A model generated the notes under the pieces. The model had not been told where the DNA came from and did not search any database. It saw only the letters and a list, made by a program, of their open reading frames with translations. From the NCBI GenBank assembly GCA_035249775.1, contig DATFGA010000295.1, positions 1-54,261 of the forward strand: 54,261 bases of DNA, in the 5' to 3' direction. Position 1 is the first letter of the stretch, and each line of letters starts with the position of its first letter. Position numbers and translations under genes: made by a program. This DNA is from Nocardioidaceae bacterium (lineage in GTDB: Bacteria > Actinomycetota > Actinomycetes > Propionibacteriales > Nocardioidaceae). Shown one piece after another: positions 39,638 through 49,219 of the stretch.

Positions 39638-39681
39638 GTCGCCAGCGTAGGCGACCTGGAGGTAAGGCTGCCTAGGAGCGG

Positions 39682-40359
39682 TCAGCTCGGGTTCAGGCTC
39701 GCCTTCACCGCGAGGTGGTCGACGAAGTCGTTCATCTCGTGGCCCGAGTGGCCCTTCACCCAGTGGAACGCCACATCGCCCCGGTCACGCACCACCTGGA
39801 CCAGGGGCTCCCAGAGATCACGATTGGCGACGGGCTTCTTCTGGGAGTTGGTCCAGCTCCGGTCGAGCCACCCTGCCCACCAGCGGTCGCGGAAGCAGTT
39901 GACGACATAGGTCGAGTCGCTCACCACGATCAACGGGCCGTCGACCGCGGTGACCGCCTCGAGTGCAGCACGAATCTCCATCCGCTGGTTGGTACTGGCC
40001 GGCTCCGACCCGGACGACCACGTGTCCTGATCGACCGCCCAGGCCCAGCCTCCAGGGCCTGGGTTCCCGGAGCAGGCGCCGTCGGTGTACACCGAGACTG
40101 CGCCGGCAGGGGCCACCATGGGCGCCTTTGCCGGGCGCCGCTTGCTCTGAGGCCGCCCTGCTGGGCGCGCGGCAGACGGTACCTCCGCCAACGCAGCTGC
40201 CACTACTTCGATGCTGGGGTGGCAGGCGGCGTGCACCCAGGCGCTGGAGTCCTCGCGCAGAGCGGCGATGCCGTCGCCGGGTCGGATCGGTTCGGGACAG
40301 ATGGCGCACCGTCCGGAGTACTTGGCCAGCATCCAGCTTCCTCTTCGTCGTGCGGACAC
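39682..40359 (-). CDS. rnhA: Ribonuclease HI with N-terminal putative Zn-binding domain
   Basis: YTDGACSGNPGPGGW, TNQRME, SDSTYV, NRDLW, WVKGHSG, NDFVD. N-terminal CxxC...HxxC. Confidence 0.85.
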   Translation of the reverse strand: MSARRRGSWMLAKYSGRCAICPEPIRPGDGIAALREDSSAWVHAACHPSIEVVAAALAEVPSAARPAGRPQSKRRPAKAPMVAPAGAVSVYTDGACSGNPGPGGWAWAVDQDTWSSGSEPASTNQRMEIRAALEAVTAVDGPLIVVSDSTYVVNCFRDRWWAGWLDRSWTNSQKKPVANRDLWEPLVQVVRDRGDVAFHWVKGHSGHEMNDFVDHLAVKASLNPS

Positions 40360-40522
40360 ATCAGACCTCGAGGCCCGGTCCTCGTGTCGGGGGGAGCCGG
40401 GCCGGAGCCATAAGAGGGTAACCGGCCTTGCAGGCAGCCCAGGGCCCGGTCCGCGCGCGATTCCGCGGCTGGTCCGGGGCCCGGCTCATGGCGCAGGGTG
40501 GGCGCTGATTATTGTGTTCGCG

Positions 40523-40942
40523 ATGGCTGCTCCCGACTACTGTGACTTGTGTGATCTGCCGAGGTCACAATGCGTCCACGGGTTGCCGACGCCCGCTCCG
40601 AAGCCCGAGACGAAGTCGGTGCCCAAGCCGCGGAAGCGGGCGCCTGCACGGCCCCGGGTCTCCGGCGCCCCGGAAAAGCCGGTGAGCCGGCGCTGGACGC
40701 CCCCCGAGGTCTTCAAGCCACTGATCGTGGCCGTGTTGCAGGAGGCCGGTGGCGAGCTGGACGCCGACGAGCTCTTCCTCGAGCTGGAGATCGTGGCCGA
40801 CGATCGGCTGCTGCCGGGAGACAGGGAGACGACGCCGGAGGGCGAGCTGCGGTGGCAGTACGCCGCCCGCCGGGCCCGTTTGGCGCTCATCAACGAGGGT
40901 CTGATGACGAAGGGCACGCCGGGTGTCTGGCAGTTGAGCTAG
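40523..40942 (+). CDS. Zn-finger plus Mrr_N-like winged-helix protein (139 aa)
   Basis: CDLC-x6-CVH, basic linker, then TP..FKPLIVAVLQEAGG...RWQY...AR..L...GL....GVWQL. Confidence 0.7.
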   Translation: MAAPDYCDLCDLPRSQCVHGLPTPAPKPETKSVPKPRKRAPARPRVSGAPEKPVSRRWTPPEVFKPLIVAVLQEAGGELDADELFLELEIVADDRLLPGDRETTPEGELRWQYAARRARLALINEGLMTKGTPGVWQLS

Positions 40943-40976
40943 GGGTTCTGCAGCTCAACGTTCGACCAGGGGGGCC

Positions 40977-42809
40977 TCACCGCACCGCGGGGAAGGTCAG
41001 GAGCTGGACAGGGCCATCCGTGCTCTCGTAGCCATGCATGACGATCAGCTCGGTGGTGCCGTTCTGGTCATGGTCGAAGGGCGTGACCGACTGACCGCTT
41101 CCAGACGCCGCCTGCAGCGTCGGTGTCTCCGTGAAGACGGTGCCGGCGCCCGAGTTGCGCAGTGCCAGGTCAGGGTTTGTTCCGGCCTGCACAACGTAAA
41201 GGTCGAGGTCCGCGTCGTGGTCGATGTCGGCCGCAGCGACCTGTCGACCCGCGCCGAGACTGCGAATGAGCGTGGCCGACGTGAATCTGGCGGCAGTGGA
41301 CCCTGTGTTGAGCTGGACTCTGAGCTGGGTCGCGGTTCCGTTCATGCCGACCACGTCGAGCCAGCCGTCCCTGTTCATGTCGGCCATCACAGCATGCCGC
41401 CACTGACCGCTGACCAGGTTCGTGCCGGACGTGACATCGGTGAACCCGGCACCGGCATCGTTCCGGTAGAGCTTCAACGTCCTGTTGCCACAGACGAAGA
41501 GGTCGTCCCATCCGTCCGCGTTGAAGTCGACCGTCTGCACGCAGGACTGGTTTCCTGGCAGTCCTCCGAGGTCGACGTTGAGGCCGTATTCGGGTGAGTC
41601 CGTATACGAGGTGCCAGCCGCATTGATGAAGAGACGGTTGGGCGACGGCAGTCCGTCAGTGCGGGTGTGGTTCGTCACGTAGAGATCAGGCAGGGTGTCG
41701 CCGTTGGCGTTCAAGAAGACCGCTCCTCGGCCGACCCCGGTCGGGTCGGTGACGCCGTAGCTCGCGGCCTGGTTCGTGAACCCACCGCCCGGCTGCTGGA
41801 TCCACAGCTCATTTGCCTTGTCGGTGACGGTTCCCCTGTTGGCCCCCATCGTGCAGTAGAAGTCGCCGAGTCCGTCTCGGTTGACATCGGACCAGGCGCA
41901 TCCATGGCGGTCATTGGTGACCGCTCCGCTGGGACGCCTCGATATGAAGGTTCCGGCGAGGACGTGCGTGAAGTGTCCTCCACCGTCGTTACGGAAGAGC
42001 CGCGGCCCGCCAGGCTCGTTATGGGGGTTGATCAGCACGTCGACTAGGCCGTCGCCGTTGTAGTCATGGGGGTATGCACCATAGGTGGCGAACGGCGTTC
42101 CGTTGTAGAGGCCGGCGGCCTGTGCGATGTCAGAGGGAGGCCCCAAGGTGTTCGAGGGCGGCGGAGTCGGGGTGGGAGTCGGTGTCGGGGTCGGTGTCGG
42201 TGTCGGGGTCGAGGACGCGCAGGCAGCGCTCACATCATCGAGGTACCAGGTGCGCCCCACAGCGAACGCAGGTGCGATGAACTCCAGATCGGCCGTTTGC
42301 GCGGTTGACGGCATCGTGAGCGTGGCAGTGGGCAGCTGCTGCCAAGCGCCCGTGAACTTCAGGGTCTTCGACGTGGCAGCCACCTGCCTGGTGCCGTTTC
42401 GTGCGATCCACCTGACCCGTGCACTGAAACCGGTCGGGCCCTGTACCCATGCGCTTGCGGTGCAGATACTTCCCGCTCCGATCGCCGTGAACATGTCGGG
42501 GCTGTCGGTCAGCGCGGCGGGACCGTTGGTCGACGTACGCCGAAGCGCCACCGCGTTCGCTCCGCCGTGGACCGGCGACTGGACCGCGGTCACGGTCGTG
42601 CCCGGCTTTGCGGCCCAGCCGGTCAGACCGGACTCGAAGCCGAGGTTGGTCGCGGCCGCACCGGCGGACCCGTTCGAGGTGATCGTGGCGAGAACCGCTG
42701 CGCACACCAGTCCAGTGACCAGCACCGCTCCGGACGGCCGGGCTCTCCCGCCGAAGCCAGAACGATAGGGGCGTGCGGCGGTTGCCGTTGTTCGCCGGAC
42801 AGTCATCAA
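40977..42809 (-). CDS. Secreted CBM4/9-like plus PT linker plus FG-GAP (CRTAC1-like) beta-propeller protein
   Basis: Signal peptide, NLGFESG..GW...WYLDDVS, (PT)n linker, repeated DxNxDG..D motifs. Confidence 0.8.
   Translation of the reverse strand: MMTVRRTTATAARPYRSGFGGRARPSGAVLVTGLVCAAVLATITSNGSAGAAATNLGFESGLTGWAAKPGTTVTAVQSPVHGGANAVALRRTSTNGPAALTDSPDMFTAIGAGSICTASAWVQGPTGFSARVRWIARNGTRQVAATSKTLKFTGAWQQLPTATLTMPSTAQTADLEFIAPAFAVGRTWYLDDVSAACASSTPTPTPTPTPTPTPTPPPSNTLGPPSDIAQAAGLYNGTPFATYGAYPHDYNGDGLVDVLINPHNEPGGPRLFRNDGGGHFTHVLAGTFISRRPSGAVTNDRHGCAWSDVNRDGLGDFYCTMGANRGTVTDKANELWIQQPGGGFTNQAASYGVTDPTGVGRGAVFLNANGDTLPDLYVTNHTRTDGLPSPNRLFINAAGTSYTDSPEYGLNVDLGGLPGNQSCVQTVDFNADGWDDLFVCGNRTLKLYRNDAGAGFTDVTSGTNLVSGQWRHAVMADMNRDGWLDVVGMNGTATQLRVQLNTGSTAARFTSATLIRSLGAGRQVAAADIDHDADLDLYVVQAGTNPDLALRNSGAGTVFTETPTLQAASGSGQSVTPFDHDQNGTTELIVMHGYESTDGPVQLLTFPAVR
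42160..42210 (-). repeat. Hexanucleotide tandem repeat encoding a Pro-Thr linker
   Basis: Degenerate GGNGTC repeats coding TPTPTPTPTPTPTP. Confidence 0.85.
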
Positions 42810-43079
42810 CTACTCCTCTACCCGCATGCACCCACCACGTTGCAGATGCCGTGCTGTGGGTGCTCCCGAGATGGGGCAGGCCTACGCGTGTCATCATGCG
42901 ACCGCCGACGCCAGCCGTGCCGGTAGTTGGCGAAGATTTCACCCAACCCGTTGCGCAAAACGGGCCAAGGTCACGCAGACGTGGCATAACGTCAGCCAGC
43001 CGTTTTGAGACGTATCAGCGTTGACGCCCGGGATCTACCGGTATGCGCCGAGAAAGTCGTGCCGCCCTGCCGAAGCACC

Positions 43080-43098
43080 TCAGACGTTGAAGCGGAAC
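43080..43098 (-). repeat. Distal att copy of the ychF 3' end
   Basis: TCAGACGTTGAAGCGGAAC, 18/19 identical to 50923-50941. Encodes FRFNV*. Confidence 0.9.
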
Positions 43099-43597
43099 GA
43101 TCACGCGGGATTTCGGCTTTTGGCGGTCACCGTTGGTCGGTGCCGGAAACCACCGTCTGACCTACGGAAACGCGCTCTCGTAACCGTTGGGCGCCGTTGG
43201 CGCTCGCCGGTCTCAGCCGGACTTTTTGCGGACTATTTGCGGACCACTGGACCGTCGGACACGCTTTGTATTCGGTCTGAGCGAGTGGCCATCGCGGCCA
43301 CCTTCAGCGTCGAAGAACTCCGTGCTTGCGTCGGTCGTTCAGTCCCCTCCCTCGGGCCGCTGCACATGTTGTCCAGGAACCGCGGAGGGCGCCGCGAGCC
43401 GGAGTCCGGACGGTGGCGTCGGGTGCCTGCAGACTCGGCGCGGTTCGACCAGGCCAGTCGTGGCTGTGACTCCCGAGCTGTGGTGCGCCGGCCACTCCTG
43501 TTCACCGGGTCCGTTCAGGTGGCCGGGGAAGCGTATCCCGCGCGGGCTGGTCTCGACGAGGGAATCGAGTGCGTGCGGGGGGTTGTCCTTCCACTCC

Positions 43598-44623
43598 TCA
43601 GCGCGACGGCCCAACAACGGCGCGCTGCCGCAGCTGTCGCGGTGAGGCGCCGTACCAGCGTCGGGTCGCGTGACTGAGGGTCGACTGCTCGCTGAAGCCG
43701 ACCAGGTGCGCGATCTGCCCGATCGGCAGTGTGGTGGTGGTCAGGTATCGATGGGCGGCCTCCTTGCGAACCTCGTCGAGGATCTCGGCGAAGGTCGTCC
43801 CCTCCGCGAGCAGGCGCCTCTGGAGTGTCCGAGGCCCGAGGCTGGAGAGCCTGGCAACGTCCCCGATTGTCGGTGAGGACGTGCGCAGGGCCTCGGCGAC
43901 GCCGAGCCGGACCCGCGCGGAGAGGTCGAGCCGGGGATCGCGAAAACGTTGCGCCAGGTGCTCGACGGCGACCGCCCTGATCGCCTCGTTGGCGTCGGCG
44001 AATCCCTCGTCCAGCACGCGGCGGTCCACGCACAGGGCAGCAACGCTGCCACCGAACCGGACGTCGGTGCCGAAGTAGCCGAGGTAGCGCCGCACGCGTG
44101 AGAGTGGCTGGTGCGGGATGAGCACGGACCGGAGACTCTGGGCCTCGCCGATCAAGGAGACGGCCACCCGGAAGAACACGCCGAGCCCCAGCTCCGTGCC
44201 TTGCGGAGAGTAGTTGGATTCGCTGAGGTCCTTGCGGTAGGCCAGAGCCACCACCCCACGACGGCCAAGCGGATCCTCCTCGATCCCGATGTGCAGAGCC
44301 GGACTGTGCACGAAGAGGAAGCGAGACGCACAGTCCAGCGCCTCACCCGCTGTCCGCGACACCCCGATGGCGACGGCGAGCGGCCCCAGGATCGACAGAT
44401 CCTGTGCCTCCGCGAGCCGAAGCCCGAAGTCGGGGCAGGCCAGCTCCCGGGCTGCCACATCGAGCATCCGGTCGTGGGCGGTGATCGGCAGCATGCCGTC
44501 GTCGTCGTGGAGCACACTCGGACTGATCCCGAACCGGGCCAGCAACTCGTCCGGGCGTCCGCCGAGCTCCTCAACCAGGTCGACGAACCCCCGCAGGCTG
44601 GTCGCGCGGATCATCGGCCCCAT
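43598..44623 (-). CDS. AraC family regulator (Arabinose_bd_2/OruR type)
   Basis: MIRATSLRGF, DFGLRLA, RTLQRRL..EGTTF, GFSEQSTL. Confidence 0.9.
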   Translation of the reverse strand: MGPMIRATSLRGFVDLVEELGGRPDELLARFGISPSVLHDDDGMLPITAHDRMLDVAARELACPDFGLRLAEAQDLSILGPLAVAIGVSRTAGEALDCASRFLFVHSPALHIGIEEDPLGRRGVVALAYRKDLSESNYSPQGTELGLGVFFRVAVSLIGEAQSLRSVLIPHQPLSRVRRYLGYFGTDVRFGGSVAALCVDRRVLDEGFADANEAIRAVAVEHLAQRFRDPRLDLSARVRLGVAEALRTSSPTIGDVARLSSLGPRTLQRRLLAEGTTFAEILDEVRKEAAHRYLTTTTLPIGQIAHLVGFSEQSTLSHATRRWYGASPRQLRQRAVVGPSR

Positions 44624-44705
44624 CGTCGGATTGTCGCGCAGAAACAAGTTCTTGGCGACCACTCAAACGACGATTGCACGACGCAGCAACCCAGGAGGAC
44701 CGCTC

Positions 44706-45821
44706 ATGACCATCACCCCCACCGTCCACGGCATCCGCACGGTCCCTGAGTTCGAGGGAGTTCATGACGTCTGGCCGCGAGGCGAGCGACTGCGCGCCGT
44801 GCGGGACGCAGCCGCTGCCTACAAGGTCAGGTTCAAGCAACAAGGCCAGGTCCGGGCGGTCCGGTCCGTCGACATTGCCGCCGCGCCCTATCCGGTCAAG
44901 TACGCGTTCCACGACGCCGTGACCGTGCCGACGCTGCCGCTGATCTCCATGGTGAACCGCATGATCGTCGTCCAGTACGACGACTGGAACGGCGTCCCGC
45001 GCACCTTGGTCTTCGAGCCGACCGTGCCGGCGGGATCGGCGGAGGCGCCGTTCTACAGCAACCTGCAGAGCCTGATGGACAAGGTTCCCGGCGCCGGACT
45101 CCTCGAGAAGGCGATGCTCAAGTACTACAACGAGCCCGGCGATGTCTTGGAGCAGCTCGGGCTCTCGGCACACGACATCGACTACTGCACCTTCGACCAC
45201 CTGCACGTTCAGGACCCCCGGATGATCCTGGGGTCCACGCAGGTCATCGCGGGCGAGAGCACCCCTCGCCAGCCGATCTTCGGTGACGCCAAGATGCTGG
45301 TGCACAGCCGCGAGCTCGCCACGCTGCAGTCGCTGCACCCCATGCAGTGGGCGTGGTACGTGGAGGACGGGCTGGACGGGGTCGACCCCGACAGGTTCGT
45401 CACGTTCGACGGCGACATCGAGCTCGGACCCGGCGTCGCACTGCTGTGGACCCCCGGACACACCGACGGCAACCACTCTTTGGTCCTCAACACCCCGGAC
45501 GGTGTCTGGGTCTCCTCGGAGAACGGGATCTCGATCGACAACTGGCAGCCGGAGCTGTCCAGGATCCCCGGGGTGCGGCGCTATCACGAGACGTTCGGCC
45601 GGGAGATCTGCCCGAACGCCAACACCCTCGAGGACTCCCTCGACCAGTACGACTCGATGGTCAAGGAGAAGACGCTGGCGGATCCCTGCAACGACGACCC
45701 GCGCTGGCTCCAGATCCTGCCCTCGACCGAGCTGGTCTCCTGGAAGCGGTTCTGGCCGGTCGTGCCGACCTACGCGCACGGCGGCATCGCGTACGGCCAG
45801 ATCCAGGGGAAGCTCCGATGA
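44706..45821 (+). CDS. Metallo-beta-lactamase-fold protein with atypical metal motif
   Basis: DIDYCTFDHLHVQD, GVALLWTPGHTDG, AGGAGG SD. Confidence 0.75.
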   Translation: MTITPTVHGIRTVPEFEGVHDVWPRGERLRAVRDAAAAYKVRFKQQGQVRAVRSVDIAAAPYPVKYAFHDAVTVPTLPLISMVNRMIVVQYDDWNGVPRTLVFEPTVPAGSAEAPFYSNLQSLMDKVPGAGLLEKAMLKYYNEPGDVLEQLGLSAHDIDYCTFDHLHVQDPRMILGSTQVIAGESTPRQPIFGDAKMLVHSRELATLQSLHPMQWAWYVEDGLDGVDPDRFVTFDGDIELGPGVALLWTPGHTDGNHSLVLNTPDGVWVSSENGISIDNWQPELSRIPGVRRYHETFGREICPNANTLEDSLDQYDSMVKEKTLADPCNDDPRWLQILPSTELVSWKRFWPVVPTYAHGGIAYGQIQGKLR

Positions 45822-46669
45822 CCTCCAGCGCATCGGACATCCGGCGCGGCGCGGTCGTCACCGGTGCCGGCCGCGGGCTCGGCCGGCAGATCGCCGAGCT
45901 CCTCGCAGACCTGGGCCACCAGGTCCTGGTGACCGACGTGGACGAAGCTGCGGCACAGACAGCGGCCACCGAGATCGGACGAGGCGCCACCGCTCTTGCG
46001 GTCGACGTCCGTGATCACGCTCAGGTGGAGGCGGCTCGTGACGCCATCGTCGAGAGCGCCGGACGCCTGGACGTCTGGGTGAACAACGCCGGCGTGCTGC
46101 TCACCGGGCCGGGCTGGGAGCAGGACGAGACCAGCCGCCGTCTGATGCTCGAGGTGAACGCGTTGGGAACGATCAACGGCACCGTCGCGGCCATCCACGC
46201 GATGCGGAGGCAGGGTGGCGGCCACGTCGTCAACGTCGCGTCTCTCGCCGGGTTGACCGCCGTCGCCGGCGAGGCCGTCTACGCGGCGTCCAAGCACGCG
46301 GTGCTGGGGTTCAGCCTCAGCACGATGGCGGATCTGAGAGCTGCGGGAATCACGGACATCGACATCTCCTGCGTGTGCCCCGATGGCATCTGGACGCCGA
46401 TGCTGCACGACAAGGTCGAGGACCCGGCCTCGGCCCTGTCCTTCTCCGGGAAGCTGCTGCAGCCCCAGGAGGTCGTCGAAACCGTCCGCAAGATCCTCGC
46501 CAGGCCCCGGCTCGTCACCGCAGTCCCCCGATGGCGCGGGCTGCAAGTGCGCCTGTCGGACGCGGTCCCCGAGCTCGGGTTGCGGGCCCTCCCCCTCGCG
46601 GTCGCCCAGGGCCGCCGGGCACAACGGAAGCTGGCGGCCCGAGCCGGAAGCACGAACAGCGACGTGTGA
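45818..46669 (+). CDS. SDR family oxidoreductase
   Basis: TGAGRGLG, NNAG, YAASK. ATGA overlap with the upstream gene. Confidence 0.9.
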   Translation: MTSSASDIRRGAVVTGAGRGLGRQIAELLADLGHQVLVTDVDEAAAQTAATEIGRGATALAVDVRDHAQVEAARDAIVESAGRLDVWVNNAGVLLTGPGWEQDETSRRLMLEVNALGTINGTVAAIHAMRRQGGGHVVNVASLAGLTAVAGEAVYAASKHAVLGFSLSTMADLRAAGITDIDISCVCPDGIWTPMLHDKVEDPASALSFSGKLLQPQEVVETVRKILARPRLVTAVPRWRGLQVRLSDAVPELGLRALPLAVAQGRRAQRKLAARAGSTNSDV

Positions 46670-46751
46670 CCGTTGACGCACCACTCCCCAGCATCGGGCT
46701 ACGCGCCGTTGTACCGGGCGGAAGGCGTTCCCGTTGCGGTGCTGGCGCGGG

Positions 46752-47756
46752 TCATGCCGGCGCTCCCCGGGTGATCACGATCTTGCCGTTGGCCTTGCCC
46801 CGTTCGACGTAGGCCAGCGCGTCGAGGGTGTCCTCGAACGCGAAGGTGCGGTCGAGGACCGGCTCCAGCACGCCACTGTCATAGAGTCCGGCCAAGTGCT
46901 TGAGCTGGTCACCGCTGGCCTTCATGAAGAAGAAGGAGTAGCGCACGCCAAGCTTCTTGGCCTTGGCGCGCACCTTGCGGCTCATCAATGTCAGCACGGG
47001 CTTGAGCACGGGCTTGCCGAGCTGGGCAGCGAAGTGCGGATCAGGCGGGCCCACAGCGCTGATGGCGAGTCCGCCCGGCTTGAGGACGGTCAGCGACTTG
47101 TCCAGGTTCTCGCCGCCGAGTGAGTCGAGTACGACGTCGTAGCCGCTCAGCACGTCGGAGAAGTCCTGCTGGGTGTAGTCCACGACTTCGTCGGCCCCCA
47201 GTTCCTTGACCCGGTCGACGTCCTTGGTGCTTGAGGTGGTGGCGACGTGGGCGCCGAGGTGCTCGGCGACCTGGATGACCGTCGAGCCGAGACCTCCGGC
47301 GCCGGCGTGCACGAGGACCCGCTGACCGGGCTCAACCTGGGCCACGTCGACCAGTGCCTGCCATGCCGCAAGGGCCACCAGCGGCACCGCCCCGGCCTCG
47401 GCGAAGGAGAGCGACCTCGGCTTCAGGGCAACGTCGGCATGGTCCACTGCAATGGACTCCGCGAACGTACCGATGCGCAGGTCACGTGGGCGGGAGTAGA
47501 CCTCGTCACCAACCTTGAAGCCCGTCACGGCCGAGCCCACCTGGGTGACGACGCCCGCCACGTCGTGGCCGAGCACGAACGGGGGCCGGTAGCTCAGCAG
47601 CTGCTTGAAGTCCCCGTTGCGGACCATCGTGTCGAGCGGGTTGATGCTGGCCGCGCGTACGTCGATGAGGACGTCGCTGTCGCCGACGGTTGGGTCGGCA
47701 ACCTCAGCCGCATTGAGCCCATCGGAGCCGTACTTGGTCACCACGAATGCCTTCAA
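46752..47756 (-). CDS. NADP-dependent oxidoreductase (MDR/quinone reductase-like)
   Basis: AASINPLD, LGHDVAG, HAGAGGLG, GKIV. TTG start overlaps the MFS stop. Confidence 0.9.
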   Translation of the reverse strand: MKAFVVTKYGSDGLNAAEVADPTVGDSDVLIDVRAASINPLDTMVRNGDFKQLLSYRPPFVLGHDVAGVVTQVGSAVTGFKVGDEVYSRPRDLRIGTFAESIAVDHADVALKPRSLSFAEAGAVPLVALAAWQALVDVAQVEPGQRVLVHAGAGGLGSTVIQVAEHLGAHVATTSSTKDVDRVKELGADEVVDYTQQDFSDVLSGYDVVLDSLGGENLDKSLTVLKPGGLAISAVGPPDPHFAAQLGKPVLKPVLTLMSRKVRAKAKKLGVRYSFFFMKASGDQLKHLAGLYDSGVLEPVLDRTFAFEDTLDALAYVERGKANGKIVITRGAPA

Positions 47757-49219
47757 TTGTGTTCCCTGTCTGGTGCGATGGTGGTCAAAGTCTCTTGGTC
47801 TGGTCTGATCGCTACACCACCCAGCGAGTGGGCGGCTGTCACCTCCTGGCCGAGTCGTTGCTCGCCTCGCCGGGAGGCGGCGTGGAGAAGGAGGATCGCG
47901 AAGGCGCCCGCGATCATAAGGGCCACTGCCACCACGACGGCGTTGTTCCAGCCGGCCGTGATGTCGGAACCGGTGTAGGTCGCGATCATGGCGAAGAGGG
48001 TGATCCCACACGAGGCACCGAGATAGCGTGCGGTGCTGTTGGCGCCGCTGGCCATGGCGGCCTGGTCCGGTGGGACGCTCGCGACGGCTTCGCGGCCCAG
48101 CGTCGCGTTGAGCAGCCCCGTGGTGATTCCGGCGAGCGCCAGGGGCATGAGCAGCTCTGTCGTCGAGTCGGCCCAGATCGCGGTCAGCATGCTCAGCGCA
48201 GTGATGGCCAGGAGCGCGGCGACGGCCCCGGGACCTTGCAGGCTGAACGGCAGACGGCGCCCTGCGACAGCGGCAACCACACTGGTCACCGCCCATGCCA
48301 ACGGCGAAAGGCTCGCAGCGCGAAGGGACTCGCCATATCCGACCTGGGCGACCGTGGGCAGGAACGCCGCCATTCCGATCATTCCCGACCCCAGGACCAG
48401 TGCCCCGAGCGTTGTCGCGACGAAGCGCGGGTGCCGCAACAGCTCCGGGTCGATCAGTGGCTGTCGGACACGGCGTTCGATCACTCCGAGAGCGACGAAC
48501 GAGGCCACGGCTGCGCCACTCAGGGCAACGACCGGTGCCCCGACCCCGGTGCGCGCTTCGGTCATGGCAGAGACCGAGAGGACCAACCCCAGTGACAGCA
48601 GGACGAGCCCTCCCACGTCGATCCTGCGCGGCGTGACGGCCCTCGAGTCGGGGATCCGGCTGACCGAGAAGCACAACACAACGACACCGGCGGCAACGGT
48701 CGCGATGTAGTTCTCACGCCACGCCGTACCGAAGTCCAGCGCAACGGCCAGCAGGGAGCCACCTGCGACTCCGCCTCCCATGCACGCTCCCCATACGGCG
48801 GTGGCATGCACGCGCGCCGCTCCCGGAGGGTAGTGCTGGGCCAGCACCGCCAGACCGCAGGCCAGGACGGCCGCTCCCCCGCCTCCCTGCGCAAACTTCG
48901 CCGCGACGTACACCCACGGACTCCAGGCGGCTGCCGCGAGGGCGGCCCCGAGAATGACGGCCGCCAATCCTGCGAGGTAGACCCGACGCCGCCCCAGACG
49001 ATCACCCAGGACACCTGCAGCAAGGAGCGTGCCGGCGAGCCCGACACTCATCGAGCTGAGGATCCAGGCGTTGGCAACCGGCCCTGAACCCAAGTCACGG
49101 GCGGTGGGCGGGAGCGTCGCCAGTGGCGTCACGTAGGTCACCAGCACAAGCACCGTGCCAGCCGCCACCGAAGCCAACGGACCCTTGCCGGGAGCGCTCG
49201 GTCCGCTCTTCCGGCTCAC
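47753..49219 (-). CDS. MFS transporter (DHA2-like, 14 TM)
   Basis: GVLGDRLGRRR motif A, WR, ERRVRQPLID. Confidence 0.88.
   Translation of the reverse strand: MSRKSGPSAPGKGPLASVAAGTVLVLVTYVTPLATLPPTARDLGSGPVANAWILSSMSVGLAGTLLAAGVLGDRLGRRRVYLAGLAAVILGAALAAAAWSPWVYVAAKFAQGGGGAAVLACGLAVLAQHYPPGAARVHATAVWGACMGGGVAGGSLLAVALDFGTAWRENYIATVAAGVVVLCFSVSRIPDSRAVTPRRIDVGGLVLLSLGLVLSVSAMTEARTGVGAPVVALSGAAVASFVALGVIERRVRQPLIDPELLRHPRFVATTLGALVLGSGMIGMAAFLPTVAQVGYGESLRAASLSPLAWAVTSVVAAVAGRRLPFSLQGPGAVAALLAITALSMLTAIWADSTTELLMPLALAGITTGLLNATLGREAVASVPPDQAAMASGANSTARYLGASCGITLFAMIATYTGSDITAGWNNAVVVAVALMIAGAFAILLLHAASRRGEQRLGQEVTAAHSLGGVAIRPDQETLTTIAPDREHN

Noticed and set aside
42160-42210. Tandem repeat as CRISPR or contingency locus
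   Set aside because: In-frame degenerate Pro-Thr linker with no spacers or cas genes.
43021-43677. 218-aa ORF as an integrase or excisionase
   Set aside because: It crosses the att site, has no R-H-R-Y or serine-recombinase motifs, and looks non-coding.
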